The position numbers and the translations under genes were made by a program. Under the pieces are notes generated by a model. The model made no database searches and was not told the origin of the DNA. It saw only the letters and a program-made list of their open reading frames with translations. Of a DNA stretch of 64,000 bases, positions 51,901 to 64,000 are shown in pieces; position 1 is the stretch's first letter; every line of letters begins with the position of its first letter. Origin of the DNA: Adineta vaga (lineage: Eukaryota > Animalia > Rotifera); NCBI GenBank assembly GCA_021613535.1, contig CP075492.1, positions 14,880,001 through 14,944,000 of the forward strand. The letters run 5' to 3'.

Positions 51901-54734
51901 AATATATATATTGAAATACTTTGTTCATAAGACATTCATACCGAAGTGTTCGTTCATTGTCTAATAAAGGAATTAATTCACGATATTTGCCAGGAATTTT
52001 ATAATTCAATGGTTCACCAGTTATATAACGAATTTCTCGTAATAGACAATCCAATGAATTATCCAAATTAACTTCAATTGTTGGAAGATCAATAAGTTCA
52101 CCAGATGATAATGAAGTTTTCTTCGAAAAAAAAGATAACGATATACGTTCGTTTCATGTGTATTTATACTTACAAAAACAGGTTGAAGTAAAAGATCGGA
52201 AATTTGACTTGTTGCTGATTGTTCTAATTGATTGTAAAGATCATCTTCACTTCTAAACAAAAAAACCAAACGAATTTATTTGTTCGAAAGAAATGTTTTT
52301 TTCTTTAACAAACTTTTGTATTTTTTCTTTAGCTACTCGATAGGCTTCTTTTAATTCCCAACCAACATCACTATTCATAATTTTTGGACAAAGTTCACTA
52401 AATTGATTCATATATTGATCAATTCGTTGTTTTAATCCATATAAATAAAGTAATTGCCTTGCTCTCGGTGGCCAATTGGGATAGTTCATATGAGATGAAT
52501 GAATTAATTGTGTTACTAATTGAAATTCTTGTTTAAGATTATCAATAATCCATTGTTCTTCATTAGCAAGTGCACGTTGAATAACATCACGTTGATAAAT
52601 TCCATGGAAAACATCTAATAAGGTTAATTTACTTGCTAATGTTGTTGTACGAGAAAAACATTGTCGTAATATCCAAGCTAATTCATGTTCATATTGTTTT
52701 AATTCAGTTCGTAGACGAAAAAATGCCATATCAAAACGATCATTATCCATTAAATGAGAAAGATTAGGACATTCTTTATGAAATATTTCCAAAGATTTTG
52801 CTGATTTCATTTGAATTTCAGCTAACATTGCATCCATCGTACTTGTTAATGTTCCACCCATACGAGCTGTTGTTTGTAATTCATTGAATTGTGCAATCGT
52901 CGATGTCAATTCTTGAACATCATTACATCTAAATCAAACACTTGTTTAATTCGAAGTAAAAAAAATATTCTTCTCAAATTACCTTTCAATAATTGCATTT
53001 AATGATCGAAAACATTTGGCATTTCTTGCTGGCCATGGACTTGATTTTCTTAAGACAGTATATGGATCATTATTCGATGTTAAATCTTTATATGGATCAT
53101 TTTCTCCATATGGATTAACGTGCCAAATAAGCATTTTTGATGAATCAATTCTAATTAAATACAAGAAAGTTTTTTTTTTTATCTTTTATATTATATTCAT
53201 TTTCTTTTTTGTTTGAAACAAACTTTTTTTCTGGTATCATATATTTTGCATTCAATGCATCAGCTTTTTCTTTATAATCTAAATATGTTCCACGAAACAT
53301 CGCACAGATTGAAAGTGCATCTTTTAGACTCATTGCATTCTAAAATATACGTTCAAAGATTAATGAAGAAAACAATAAGTAAATCATACATTATCTTCTT
53401 CAGATGAAATATCTGTAGTAATGATTTGTTTCGCACGTGTAGCTATTTCTGTTGAAAGAACTTCTAATAATTGACTAAATTTATCTTTTTGATGATAATA
53501 ACTAATGATCAATAAAGAATAGGAAGTTAATAAATTCGAATTCATCAAATCTTACTGTGAATGTTGCCAAACAAGAAAAAGTGTATGCATTAATGATGGA
53601 AGTAATGAAAAGATTTCATTCAAATTTGTTGAATTATTTATTTGATAAACCCATGGTTGTAATGTACTCACAAATGATAAATTTCTTTCCGCATGTGTTA
53701 CTGCCTTTGAATGAAAGAGGAGAAAATATATACAAATGAATTGAAAGGACAAACTCGAGCAATTTCTTGTTTGATATCCATAAATGAAGCAAGATATGGT
53801 GAACGATTTCTTGCTAAATTTTTCAGAACATCTTGAACAAATGGTGAATCAAGTTGAACGAGAAGATTATTTAATTTATTGATTCGTGATGTCCATAATT
53901 GTACTTGATCTTTAATAGAATGTTGTTCTCGACCGTAAAATGATGGTTTTAATTCTTCTTGAAGTAATTGCTATTGGAAACAAAGAAAAAAAGAAATGTA
54001 GAAAGGAAATAATTCTCTTCTCTTCTTACTTTGATTTGTTTACTCCAATTTGTTAGTGTATTCTCTAGAATTGATAAGATCGATTGTTGTCGTTCTGGTT
54101 CTTGTTGAGAAATATGTGCAAGAATATTGAATGCAGGTAATGGAAGAACAACAGATTCCGATTGAAATGTATGTGTAGCTGCTGTTTGATTGAGTAAACG
54201 ATGAAATAAATCCAAAAAACGATCTTTTTCAAGATCTGATACGAGATTATTACACGATAATAAGGGAAGATAAACATCTCGACTAATAATATCCATATAA
54301 TGAACAGTTTCTTCAGGATATAATTCGATAACAGCTACATCTTTTTCTATAAGATTGAAAGTTATTGTTTTAAATAAAAGAGAAACAATTCGAAATTACA
54401 TACCGAGATTTTCGCGTGTTAATTTACTTGTTGAATTTGTTCTAAGGAAAAGAACAGTTCGTTCATAAGAATTGAAATCAATTGGAATTGAATTCAAAGC
54501 TACGAGATGTGATGAAGATTGTGATAAAACATATAAATGTGTCACATCTTCATTTTCAAAGAATTGTTCAATACATAAACTAAAATTTTCAATGAAAAAA
54601 AAAGACAGAATTAGTTCAATATAAACAAACCGATTTTCATCATTCTGAATAAAATGATTGAGAGCATCACGTTTTGGTTCAAGTGTTGTAACAATACGAT
54701 GTTCTAACCAATGATAACGAGGATCTCTTTGCAT
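36999..54734 (-). CDS. Highly divergent axonemal-type dynein heavy chain with dozens of short introns
   Basis: Collinear dynein landmarks: tail (WSKQIK, YLASF, WPPRA), linker (NPALRTRHWKQL), AAA2 GKSQYGKS, AAA3 LLIGDRGVGKS, stalk/MTBD (LTWQKGAKR), AAFLIYLGPY, PLLIDPFGQA, C-terminal CPVY; AAA1 and AAA4 P-loops degenerate. Confidence 0.9.
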
Positions 54735-54963
54735 CTTTTTAAAATTTTCTAATCAAAATTTCAAATGAATAAGAAAGAGAAAAGACGACGCCATTTGCAT
54801 GTGTTTGTATAATATGGTCACCATCGATTGCCTCTCTCTATGTTTAAGTATTTGTCAATCGATCGCGTTCTCTTTCTTTTAACCAAAAAGAAAAAAGAGT
54901 TGACGATGACGAGAGGGAGTCACTAGTTGTGAATAAATCAATCAACCGTAATATTCACATCAA

Positions 54964-55501
54964 ATGTTCGCATCAATCGTTGTTCCTTTATTAGGAGTTA
55001 TATTTATAAGTTTATCTTTAATTAATTTATCACCAAATATTAATATATCTCTTCATTATTTTTTGGTATTGCCTTTCCAAAGTTTCTTTAATCCGATTTA
55101 TTCAGTTGTCTTTTTCAATCATTTAGCATGATCATTTACAACAAATTCATGAAACACTTCCCTCGAAATATTTACGAGACAGTTCGTTTAATTCTTTGAA
55201 ACGAATCTTTTCAATCTATCTTCTCATCTGTGGATTTACTATTCTTACTTCTAATGGTTCGTTTGATTGTAATAGAAGAAGATTATAATATATATATATA
55301 TCTATCTATTTTATGTATTTAGGTTTGAGACGTTTGATGTTTTTAATTCCTTTATCAATTATTTCGATTTATATTGTTCAATTAACCATTATTTATGGTT
55401 TAAATTTAGCAAATATTCCAATTTACATGTTTTTATTGATTTGTCTGATGATTATTCTTTTTAATGATTGTGCTCGATTTGATGAAATGGAAATAAAATA
55501 A
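54964..55501 (+). CDS. Small multi-pass membrane protein, TMEM35/NACHO (DoxX)-like, 3 exons (54964-55065, 55126/7-55256, 55323-55501)
   Basis: Spliced product MFASIVVPLLGVIFISLSLINLSPNIN..HETLP..LKRIFSIYLLICG..; spacing resembles TMEM35A LGLFF..IKLTP..ALP..LRKSIG...CG from memory. Confidence 0.6.
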
Positions 55502-55506
55502 AATTA

Positions 55507-56200
55507 TCATAATTTATTTTCTAAATAGTTAAGAAGAGATCGAAGTTTGTCATTGGGAATTTGTTTTTTATTGAAATCTTCAATGGCTTTTGTTAAAAGT
55601 TCTCGAGCTCGATCATATTCTTCTGTAATCAGAATAAATAACTAAATTATTCAAAAAAAACAACAAAATAGAAAAAGAAGAATTTTTATATTTAATTGAA
55701 TATACTAATGCTTTGTTGTAGATGATGGGTAAGAATTGAGGAGAAATTTCTAATGATTGATTATAAAAATGAAGAGAAGAAAGAAAATGTTCAAGTTTAT
55801 TGTTGAATTTGAATATTTGACTAAGAAAAAAATGAAGATCACCTTGAAGTTTGTAATAAAATATCTTATTTTCTGATGTAATTAATAAATGATTTTCAAT
55901 TAAATAGAAAATTTCATTTGAATAAGTAAAAATTTCATCGCGAATAGTTTCAATATAGAAATCAATTGATTGACGTTCTTTGAAAGGAATTGTTTCAGTA
56001 AGAAGATGATTAAGATTTATCCAAGATTGATATCGTTTTTCAATAATATCGATGCAAATCAAACAAAAGACTTCTTCTTCTTCCCAATTGAGAGAAATTT
56101 TATCCAGAGATTTACTTAATGAATGATAAACAAATTGAAAACCTTCATCACAACGATTTGTTAAATAAGAAAGCGATGCTTGCGCAAATACATTTTCCAT
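55507..56200 (-). CDS. Divergent 14-3-3-like protein, 2 exons
   Basis: L..EEEEVF...KRYQSW, YIETIRDEI...NEIFYLIENHL, ENKIFYYKLQGD; intron ~55704-55642 gives C-terminus YDRARELLTKAIED...LENKL. Confidence 0.7.
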
Positions 56201-56682
56201 TTCTTCTAAGCGCTTTTATTCGAAATTGAATAAAGAATCAAATAATTATTGACTTGTTTTTTTTTCAAAGAATCCAATTAGATTCAACTTTGACAGACTT
56301 TTCCATACATCATTCTAAATGCATTTAAAAAAATGCGAATCTCTACAAGTGTAACGAAACGAAAACTTCGATTTTACTTTGATGAGAGAAAAAGAAGGAA
56401 AGTGTACAATAGATTGGAATGATTACTAAACAAATAGAAGATGTGATTGTGCTTTTGCGTATGTCAATGGTATTAGTAGACGTATATGAAACAAATGGCT
56501 TCGTCTTCTTCTTTCGAACTAAAAGAAATTCGAACAACAGATTTGATTAACGAATGATAAACTACGTAATTGAAAATTGTCATCACAACATTTTATCATA
56601 TTTTATTTCGTAATTGTACAGAAATCAAATAACTATTGCAGCAAAACTTTTATTCAATTATTCTTTCAATGCAAGAAGAATG

Positions 56683-58156
56683 TCAGCATTCTATCATTTG
56701 GTGGAGAATATGCATTGTACCATTGCATAAGTTTTCCAAGGTAGTTGAAGGAATAATGGGAACAGACCCATTACAACCAATTGTTAATACTCCATTAACA
56801 GTTTGAACCAACAAAAATGGCATGGGTGCTCGAATCATATTAACAAAAGGAGTCATCTCCGTCAGTTCCCATTGACCGTATCGTTCTTGAAAAGGTAAAA
56901 GTCCCCAATTTGATATTCCACAAGTGGGCACTGCCGCAAGATTAGGTGGACCTAAACTTTTTTGATAAAGTATTCCCATAATCATTGCAAGAGCAAGAGT
57001 TTGACCAGCATCTACTGATGCTTTTACATGATGTCCAAATACTTTTGCGAGTTGCCACATACCTTGTGGAACTGTCGGTGTGTTGTTTGTTGGTAATGCA
57101 TATGCCATAGTTCCTGAAACTTGATAGCTTAAATCATGGTTTGGCATTGGTGGTACATATCTTCGACGAGTGTCTGCTGCGATTGCTAAAACTAATTGTG
57201 TCTCTTGATTGTTATCAACACTAACTAATGTGGAAGCACTGCATAGAATAGCAGTGCTAACAGCTGATGTTACTGTTACACTTTCTTGTCGACATTTTTC
57301 CATCAACTTTTTCGTTTGTTGTTTATTCAATCGACCGTAAAAGCTGTCAGTATAACTATGCTTCGCCATATCAGCTAATGGAAAATCGACAGCGGCAAGA
57401 GGTAATCTTGCAGTACGACGCCTGTTAATAACGCGCCAACGTAGAATAGCGACAAGGGATTTACTAAAAGTAAAAACTCGATTCCATGTTGAATAACTTC
57501 TTCGAACAGCATCTTCCATAGTTAGTGGGCAATTTAATGGAGTAGCAAACATATCTATATCACCTTCGCTTAGTGATAGTAGTAGCTCGTGTGCAATGGT
57601 ACTGAGTGATAGACCATCACAGATACTATGTTCGCATATAATGGCAATTTCTTTTGAACTGCTTTCCTTTTCACGATCGTTGGGATCCTAAAAAATGAAT
57701 TTATTTTTATTACTCATTTCTGGAGCTTGTTATAATATGTATGAATTTGAATACCTGTAAAAGCCAAAATTCGATGAGACCTTGTCCAACAGTAGCTGAT
57801 TCCTTTTCTCGATTTTGCCATTCTTGACGCCAAAATGTCAGACGATCATCATGTTTTCGTGAGAATTCGAGAATTCTCGGATGAAGTGTATCATCTTCCT
57901 CCAGTAAATAAGTGCCTAGTTTTGCAGGATTGTTCTGTAGTCGACTTCGAAGAAAAGGATGTCGTCGTTGCAAACGACCAACTGCAGTCGTTAATGTTTC
58001 CAGAGAAAGATAAGGTCCTTGTAAATGCAAAATTTCACCCACTTTCATGTGACCTTGATGTTGTCGAGAAGTTTCTATGAGAGCATTCTCTGCAGCACCC
58101 ATCAGTCGTTGTTTTGGAAGATTCGTCTGTGAACCAGATTTAGATGTGGACGACAT
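56683..58156 (-). CDS. CoA-dependent acyltransferase / condensation-fold protein (PapA5 / alcohol acetyltransferase-like), 2 exons
   Basis: RLMGAAE, LQRRHPFLRSR, catalytic HxxxDG (EHSICDGLS, between the listed ORFs), ADTRR, ISNWG; intron ~57753-57688. Confidence 0.85.
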
Positions 58157-58729
58157 TTGTAAATAGATCAACTACACTTGAGAAGAATCGACGTAAAATA
58201 ATGAATGTAAAAAAAGAAACAAACACAATATATAATTGTTTTGAATTTAGAAAAATGCAAAGTTTATTTTTGTTATCGCTTTCGTCATATTAAGTACATG
58301 AATATTGTAGAGCAAAATGTATGTCATGAATTGTTATCAACTTATCCTTTCTTTTTTTCTGCCACGTATTCAACAGAACGCAAAATGACAACTAGAGAAA
58401 GCACGAGGAAGAGGATGTTTTTTCTATTTTATATCGTCAAATAGAGAAGAGAAATATGACGGAGAGACCATGTGAATTGACAAACACAAGAAAAGAATAC
58501 GGCGACATTTGAGGCGTTAGTAACAAATAAGATAAATTCGTTGTATTGGTGACACGTTAAATGTATATGTTTTAAGAGTAGATTAATCCATTCTCTAAAG
58601 TGAAATTCAATCACTTGTTTCCCTTGTGACCAAACAATTGTAAGAGAAAATTGCCAATGTTTATTACTGAGTGACATGTGTTCAATACTTGATATAAGTT
58701 GTGTTATTAAATAAATACAGGATTTTTAT

Positions 58730-59470
58730 ATCAAGCAACTATTTGAACAGAATATTGCATAGGATCCTTTATATTTCGTTTACTAGAGACCAGAAAACGA
58801 TAACTTTTGTATTCGATTGTATTGTTCAAAGATATGTTACTTCTTTCTAATGATACAACAGTTGAATCACGTTTCATAAATTCACTACTTGTACAAAGTC
58901 GTAGTTTAAGATCGAAACCACGTTTTACATCTTTAGTTTACAGCTCCAGTGTCCATAGTTTTAATATTTAGCTTTGACGTCATCATCATAGGCTTGGCTA
59001 ACATGCTATCACTACCTATAATTGCATTGCACACACCTATGACTTTTTTTACTAACAGAAGCAAATAATATTCGGTTTATAAAATTGATAGAAACAAATC
59101 TTATAGAAAGTCTACAACACCTATCGAATCTTGCTTTTAAGAAAACGAAATTAAGATGAGTCAGATTTATGAGCAAAACACATTTTGAACATCTCTGAAG
59201 AACGATGGAGCAATGGTGTCACCTTTAGATCAACTTTACACCCATATTCGCGTCAAACTTTTCTTTTTTCAATCGACTTATACTTTGTTCTGTTGTTGTT
59301 GTAGTAGTCTTTTTAATAATGAATATTGGAATTACACAACCTACGATGTTTGCTAAAACAATAATGACCAATAATATCAGACATAGAACTTTTCTTTTTC
59401 TAGTACGACAACATTGAATAGAAACCTTTGTTGATATTGATGATTCAACACTATTTACAGACTACGTATG
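58730..59470 (-). pseudogene. Decayed gene remnant with a TM segment, Thr run and C-terminal domain fragments
   Basis: Translatable fragments CLILLVIIVLANIVGCVIPIFIIKKTTTTTT and EYKSYRFLVSSKR..MQYS; no continuous frame. Confidence 0.3.
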
Positions 59471-60249
59471 GTATCTTTACTGGTTCACTTGTTGTTTTTA
59501 TTTCCTAAGTATGGAATCAGACGAAGGAGACTAAATGAAATAGGAAATCAGTATAATTTGTTTATATTACATTGCTCAAAATAGTACATCATTGTGATTC
59601 AGAATTGTGTTTTTGTTCATATTTATACCAATAGATATTAAAATCGGCGATCACACTGTTTCTATATTGAAATTGTTTCTATTGTAAAAATAAAACACAC
59701 TCAGGATGTTCTCTACTAAAGGTTTTAAAAAAATACTCATTTTGCAGTTCTCAATGAAAAAAACAAAAGAGATAATGTCAAAAATAATGGAAGAATATTC
59801 AACATGTTCGCTCACAGCAACAAGTCAATGATAGACTACATGGATTTGCTGAGAATTATTCGCTTTATCAATATTTTCGAACATCTATATCCCTGCTTTG
59901 TTCTTAATAACAAATTCAATTCGAAAAAAGTCGAGTACTTATGGCTATGATCTGTGACACGCGTTTTACATTGATCATTAGACTACTTCACCTCTTGTAA
60001 GCTTCTGGTATAATATCGTATCTTAGTACATATTAGGAATCAAATAAGAACAAACTACTGAAGTTTTGATAGCCATTCTATTGTTCATTCGAGAATGGTA
60101 TACATCATCTGAATGTCAATCATGATCTTTGTATACATAAAAGCTTAAATATCACAGATTAATGAATTGTACCTAAAAGAACATTTTATTTGTAATCAAA
60201 AGTTAAGTTTAATCAAGTGTGACATGCAACATTTGTTTGAAACTATCGC

Positions 60250-61704
60250 TTAAGATTCCAGAATATCGTTCGAAATTGTTCCATATTTTGTGTCATTGAT
60301 AATATTATCTTCGGAGTGAGTTGCTTTATCTTCGATACCTTGAATTTTTTCATCTGCATCACGTCTTTTGTATGTAAATCGTGCACACAAAATCATTATT
60401 AGCGACAAAGCACTAGTGATTAGTACTATAAAATTCACTAGTTTACCTCGATTTGGTGCAATAAATAGTAGTGTAAGACTGATGACATTACTCCACTGTA
60501 CAAGTATTGATGCCGATAATGATTCAGGTAGAGGAAACATGATTTCAGCAAGTGCTTCGTAGAACAATGGTAATCCAGCGCCTTGAAATAAGCCAGCTAA
60601 TCCAAGTGAAAAGCCGATAGTTAGGGCGTTGGATGAAAGTATTAGTTGATTAGAGAAATATGAAGGAACCATTAATACAAACCAAATAAGTGAGAAGAAA
60701 CAACCGATACAAGCAATAATAAGAAGTAATTTGAATGAACGTTGAAAAGGACGTGTATCTGCAAGAGCAGCAAAAGCTATACCACCGATATTGCCTGCGA
60801 AAGCTGAACCAAAACTAAACCAACCGGTTTGAATTTCTGTATAATTCTGCGGGATGAGAATATTATCGTAGAGACCAACCCAAACATTAAATATTCCATA
60901 TGAGAAACTACCTGCATTACAAATAAGTAAAAATGAAGGTGTTGTCAAACATTGCCAAATATGTTTCATATGAATTTTCCATGAACTATTTTCTTCATTG
61001 ATTGTTTGAGAAAGTTGTTGAGCAGCAGGTGATGGTGGAGTTGGTGGATGTGCGGGAAAATATAAGAATGTCAACACACATGCTACAAATGCTAAACCCA
61101 AATGAATGTAGAGTAATCGAGGAACACATTCTGGTGAAGAAACAATAAATGGACTTGTAACATAACCAATTGTTCCTCCGAAATTATTCGCTATGATAGC
61201 AATGGTTGTCGCACGTGTTCGTTCATTCAAACCAAACCATTCACAAGAAAGTTGTGAAACAGGTGCTGTTACTAATGGATAACAGATAGCATTTAAAATG
61301 TGACCTGCATGAAGAAATGGCATCGAAATTGAATGAAAATGTGGACTTGATGAATGACTAATAATTAATGGAATTAGACGAAGAATGGTTCCAAGAAAAG
61401 TTAGAGTTGCAACTAACATGACACATTTTCGAAGTCCATTTTGTTTATTCAATATAATATAAGCCAAAGGAAGAAATGGAATGAATAGAATTGATTGCCA
61501 ATTGAGAAGAAGATCAATAGTAGCTTCATTCATTTGATAATATTTCTCGGCATTTCTTGCAATTGGAGAGAATGTTAACCAGATGATGTTTTGATCAAAT
61601 GAAAGGAGAAAAAATACGAAGAGAACATAGAATCTTTGTGGATAAACTCGATAAGTGGATGAGTAATCTGATGGTGCAAGAGGTACAGTTTCACTGTCTG
61701 ACAT
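60250..61704 (-). CDS. MFS transporter, SLC49 (FLVCR/DIRC2-like), single exon
   Basis: YRVYPQRFYVL, WLTFSPI, WFGLNERTRAT, PAHPPTPPS, YEALAEIMFP; ~12 hydrophobic segments. Confidence 0.92.
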   Translation of the reverse strand: MSDSETVPLAPSDYSSTYRVYPQRFYVLFVFFLLSFDQNIIWLTFSPIARNAEKYYQMNEATIDLLLNWQSILFIPFLPLAYIILNKQNGLRKCVMLVATLTFLGTILRLIPLIISHSSSPHFHSISMPFLHAGHILNAICYPLVTAPVSQLSCEWFGLNERTRATTIAIIANNFGGTIGYVTSPFIVSSPECVPRLLYIHLGLAFVACVLTFLYFPAHPPTPPSPAAQQLSQTINEENSSWKIHMKHIWQCLTTPSFLLICNAGSFSYGIFNVWVGLYDNILIPQNYTEIQTGWFSFGSAFAGNIGGIAFAALADTRPFQRSFKLLLIIACIGCFFSLIWFVLMVPSYFSNQLILSSNALTIGFSLGLAGLFQGAGLPLFYEALAEIMFPLPESLSASILVQWSNVISLTLLFIAPNRGKLVNFIVLITSALSLIMILCARFTYKRRDADEKIQGIEDKATHSEDNIINDTKYGTISNDILES

Positions 61705-62028
61705 ATCTTTTACTTATACAACAAAAGCAAAGATATATAATATTAACCGTTGGAATCTACGAAAAGAAATCTGATGACGATAGAGAACACGTGTTGATAA
61801 CGTTGGACTTCGGGTAAACAAGTGAATATGCGTGTGGTGCGTGTTTTCGTTTTTGCAAAGTAAAACAAAACTGCGATGTAATAGATAAGAATTCATAACT
61901 GATGATTATGTATATAGTGAATCAATTTCTAGTATCTTTGAGATTTAGTAGCATATTGAAATTAGATAACACTCTCACGCGCGCCCTATAACTCATTTTA
62001 TATTAATTTAAAAGATTTCTAATATTAA

Positions 62029-62620
62029 CCCTTTCAATCCCGCATGACATCTCGTAGGTGCCATACAGAAGGGAAAAGAAATATTTCGTTACGTGTTTAG
62101 TGTTTGTTCATATCTTGATTGAGATTCAATAGTGTTGTCAACGGTTTGTCTCATTTTAGTTAATTTTTTCCGTATTCAAAGTAAAATGATGTCCTTCAAA
62201 ATAATTGGGAAAACAAAGAGCTGGACTTTCTTTACAAGTTTTATAACAATAAATAGTTATTTTTCGATTTCCCTTCTTGTAACACGATATGCATAATTTC
62301 TGAACATACCGATTCGACTGAGGATTGATATCGGTTTTTACTAAAACAAATTGTAGTCATTTAGTAAATGAAGATCGATCCCGTTGCTATGATTTTAGGA
62401 CTATGTCCAGTAGAATTTGTCGAAGTCGATCGTCTTTGTTCGGATGTTATATCTTTCTCTAACTTTCCAGAAACTCCTTTTGAATCAATAAGAACAATTT
62501 CTTTTTCACCAGATGTTTTCTTGTCTTGAAATTTCATAAGGAGAAGTTCACCACTTCTCATGAAAGTGGAATCAGGCGTCTTCACTTTTTTCGTTGCCAG
62601 TTCTTTTAGAATTTCTGAAT
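62029..62620 (-). mobile_element. piggyBac transposon 3' remnant
   Basis: TTAA|CCCTTTC terminus at 62025-62035; decayed C-terminal Cys-rich domain (QKLCISCYKKG..TCKESPALCF..F..HH) and transposase fragment LLLMKFQDKK. Confidence 0.75.
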
Positions 62621-63099
62621 ATAAACGAAAAATATGCTCTTCAACACTTGTGAGTAATCTACGAATTTTTTTCTATTTCAAGATTTTCATTATTTTTATT
62701 CAATGGCTGCATCGTCTTCGATTCTCAAACGATCAATAGATGATATTGAATCATCGAAAGAGAATATGCTATTAGATAAAAAGTTGAACTCATATTATTC
62801 CATATTTCAATCAAAAATTATTGATTTGCTCAAGAAGAACGATTTGATAGTGCCTATTCAACTTCTCGGTAAAAGATTTAGTTAGAAAATAAACTTAAAT
62901 AATAAACCTCATCCTTTGTATGTGGATACACATAGCAAAGATCTTTCTCATCTCGTCAAAAGTAACCTAGAATAAGTTTTGATAGCATTGTTTATAAACT
63001 GATTTTATCTCACTTTACGTCAAGAATTATTAGTTTTTGCTGGTACATTTGCAAAATGTAATCTGGCACGAAGATTAGTGCATTCTGCTACATGAATGA

Positions 63100-63840
63100 A
63101 ATGAGAGTTCACGGGATTTTTCCGGCCCAATCCCGCATATTCCAGCCTGTTCTAGTACAAAACCGGTGAGATCCGGCCTAAACCTGGAAACGGGATACTC
63201 AGCATTCCGACCGGATCCAAAAAACGGAAACGTCAAGGAACTCCATGTTCCAAAAAATCGACTTCAGAACTGTAGCCAAATCACCCTAAAAACAACAAAC
63301 CGTCACATAACATTCCCTACAATCAACAAAAACGTAAAACTTCGAATAGCGAAATGAAAATCTAGACAATGAGTAATTCAGACCACCATGAAACCGAAAT
63401 TTTCCATCCTATGAAAAATCCTCTTCGATAGAGACCTCCTCTCGAGAGGATCCAAATTCGATGAGGAAGAAAAAGAAATTTTTTTGATCATCTGAACGAT
63501 CATCGTCAAGAGAGACCGTCTCTGGAGGAGAACTAAGTTCGATGAGGATGAAAAAGAAGATTTTTCGTCGATGAAAAATTATGTTTTGTAAGTTTTCCGG
63601 ATCCGCTAGTTTTTTTGTTTGCCCGTGTTTTTCACGGAACTGATCGTTTTTTTTCGAATAATTCTCGTAGTTTCCGGTGGGATATGGTCGGAAGGACACA
63701 GAAAAATTCCGTTCAAATCCAAAAGGAATACTGCTTGCATGTTTTGGCGCGAACAGCGGCGGTTCCGGCTCGTACGGTCCGGCCTCGGAGTGTAAGTCGA
63801 CAATCAGTTTTATCTGGAACAAATGTTCATTCCTCCCAGT
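63100..63840. mobile_element. GC-richer putative non-autonomous repeat with internal ~80-bp imperfect direct repeats
   Basis: Abrupt rise in GC and CCGG content; gagacc..ttcgatgagga.gaaaaagaa.atttt occurs twice (~63430-63485 and ~63510-63565); termini not resolved. Confidence 0.45.
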
Positions 63841-64000
63841 TCTTTTTTTGTGTGCAATTAGATTCTGTCGTTATGAGTTTCACTAGAAAATAATGTTTTT
63901 CAAGATCATATAAAATCAGATTTGTTATATCACCTGTACTCTTCACTCGCGTCCGTTTTCCTTGCATCAACTTTTTTTATTATCAATATGTTTCAAACTG

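Noticed and set aside
36999-54734. Treating the many minus-strand ORFs as separate genes
   Set aside because: They are collinear exons of one dynein heavy chain separated by short GT-AG introns
62703-62970. 60-aa ORF MAASSSILKRS.. as a gene
   Set aside because: No convincing spliced continuation; the candidate next exon stops within about 11 codons
63166-63893. Overlapping ORFs of 63-137 aa
   Set aside because: Expected by chance in a GC-richer repeat; no domain motifs

Overview
AT-rich eukaryotic DNA, gene-dense, with many ~50-70 bp GT-AG introns. Animal genes (SK channel, two GPCRs, animal-identical ubiquitin, arrestin, claudin-like, dynein) are mixed with intron-bearing genes from bacterial/fungal-type families, a pattern typical of a bdelloid rotifer (inference; no taxonomic search run). 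In order: a 5'-partial cellular RdRP, SK K+ channel, amine GPCR, bacterial-type dynamin-like GTPase, small bacterial-like protein, arrestin pseudogene, secreted cyanovirin-N-like (CVNH) lectin, single ubiquitin, a duplicated block (two Old Yellow Enzymes, Fe-ADH, two atypical GAA-anticodon tRNAs), MITEs, a Cys-rich protein, a DUSP with an exonised 47-bp transposon, a MITE-disrupted F-box-like pseudogene, alpha-arrestin, claudin-like protein, type II thioesterase, peptide GPCR, a 17.7-kb dynein heavy chain with degenerate AAA1, TMEM35-like and 14-3-3-like genes, a PapA5/condensation-type acyltransferase, an SLC49-type MFS transporter and a piggyBac remnant. Several genes (CVNH, thioesterase, TMEM35-like) are not recovered as coherent ORFs in the track and were rebuilt by hand, so exon boundaries are manual predictions. 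Most notable: Phe-anticodon tRNAs on a Glu/Gln-like body, the apparently catalytically dead dynein, and a possible inducible defence cluster of foreign-type genes with animal-type promoter motifs.
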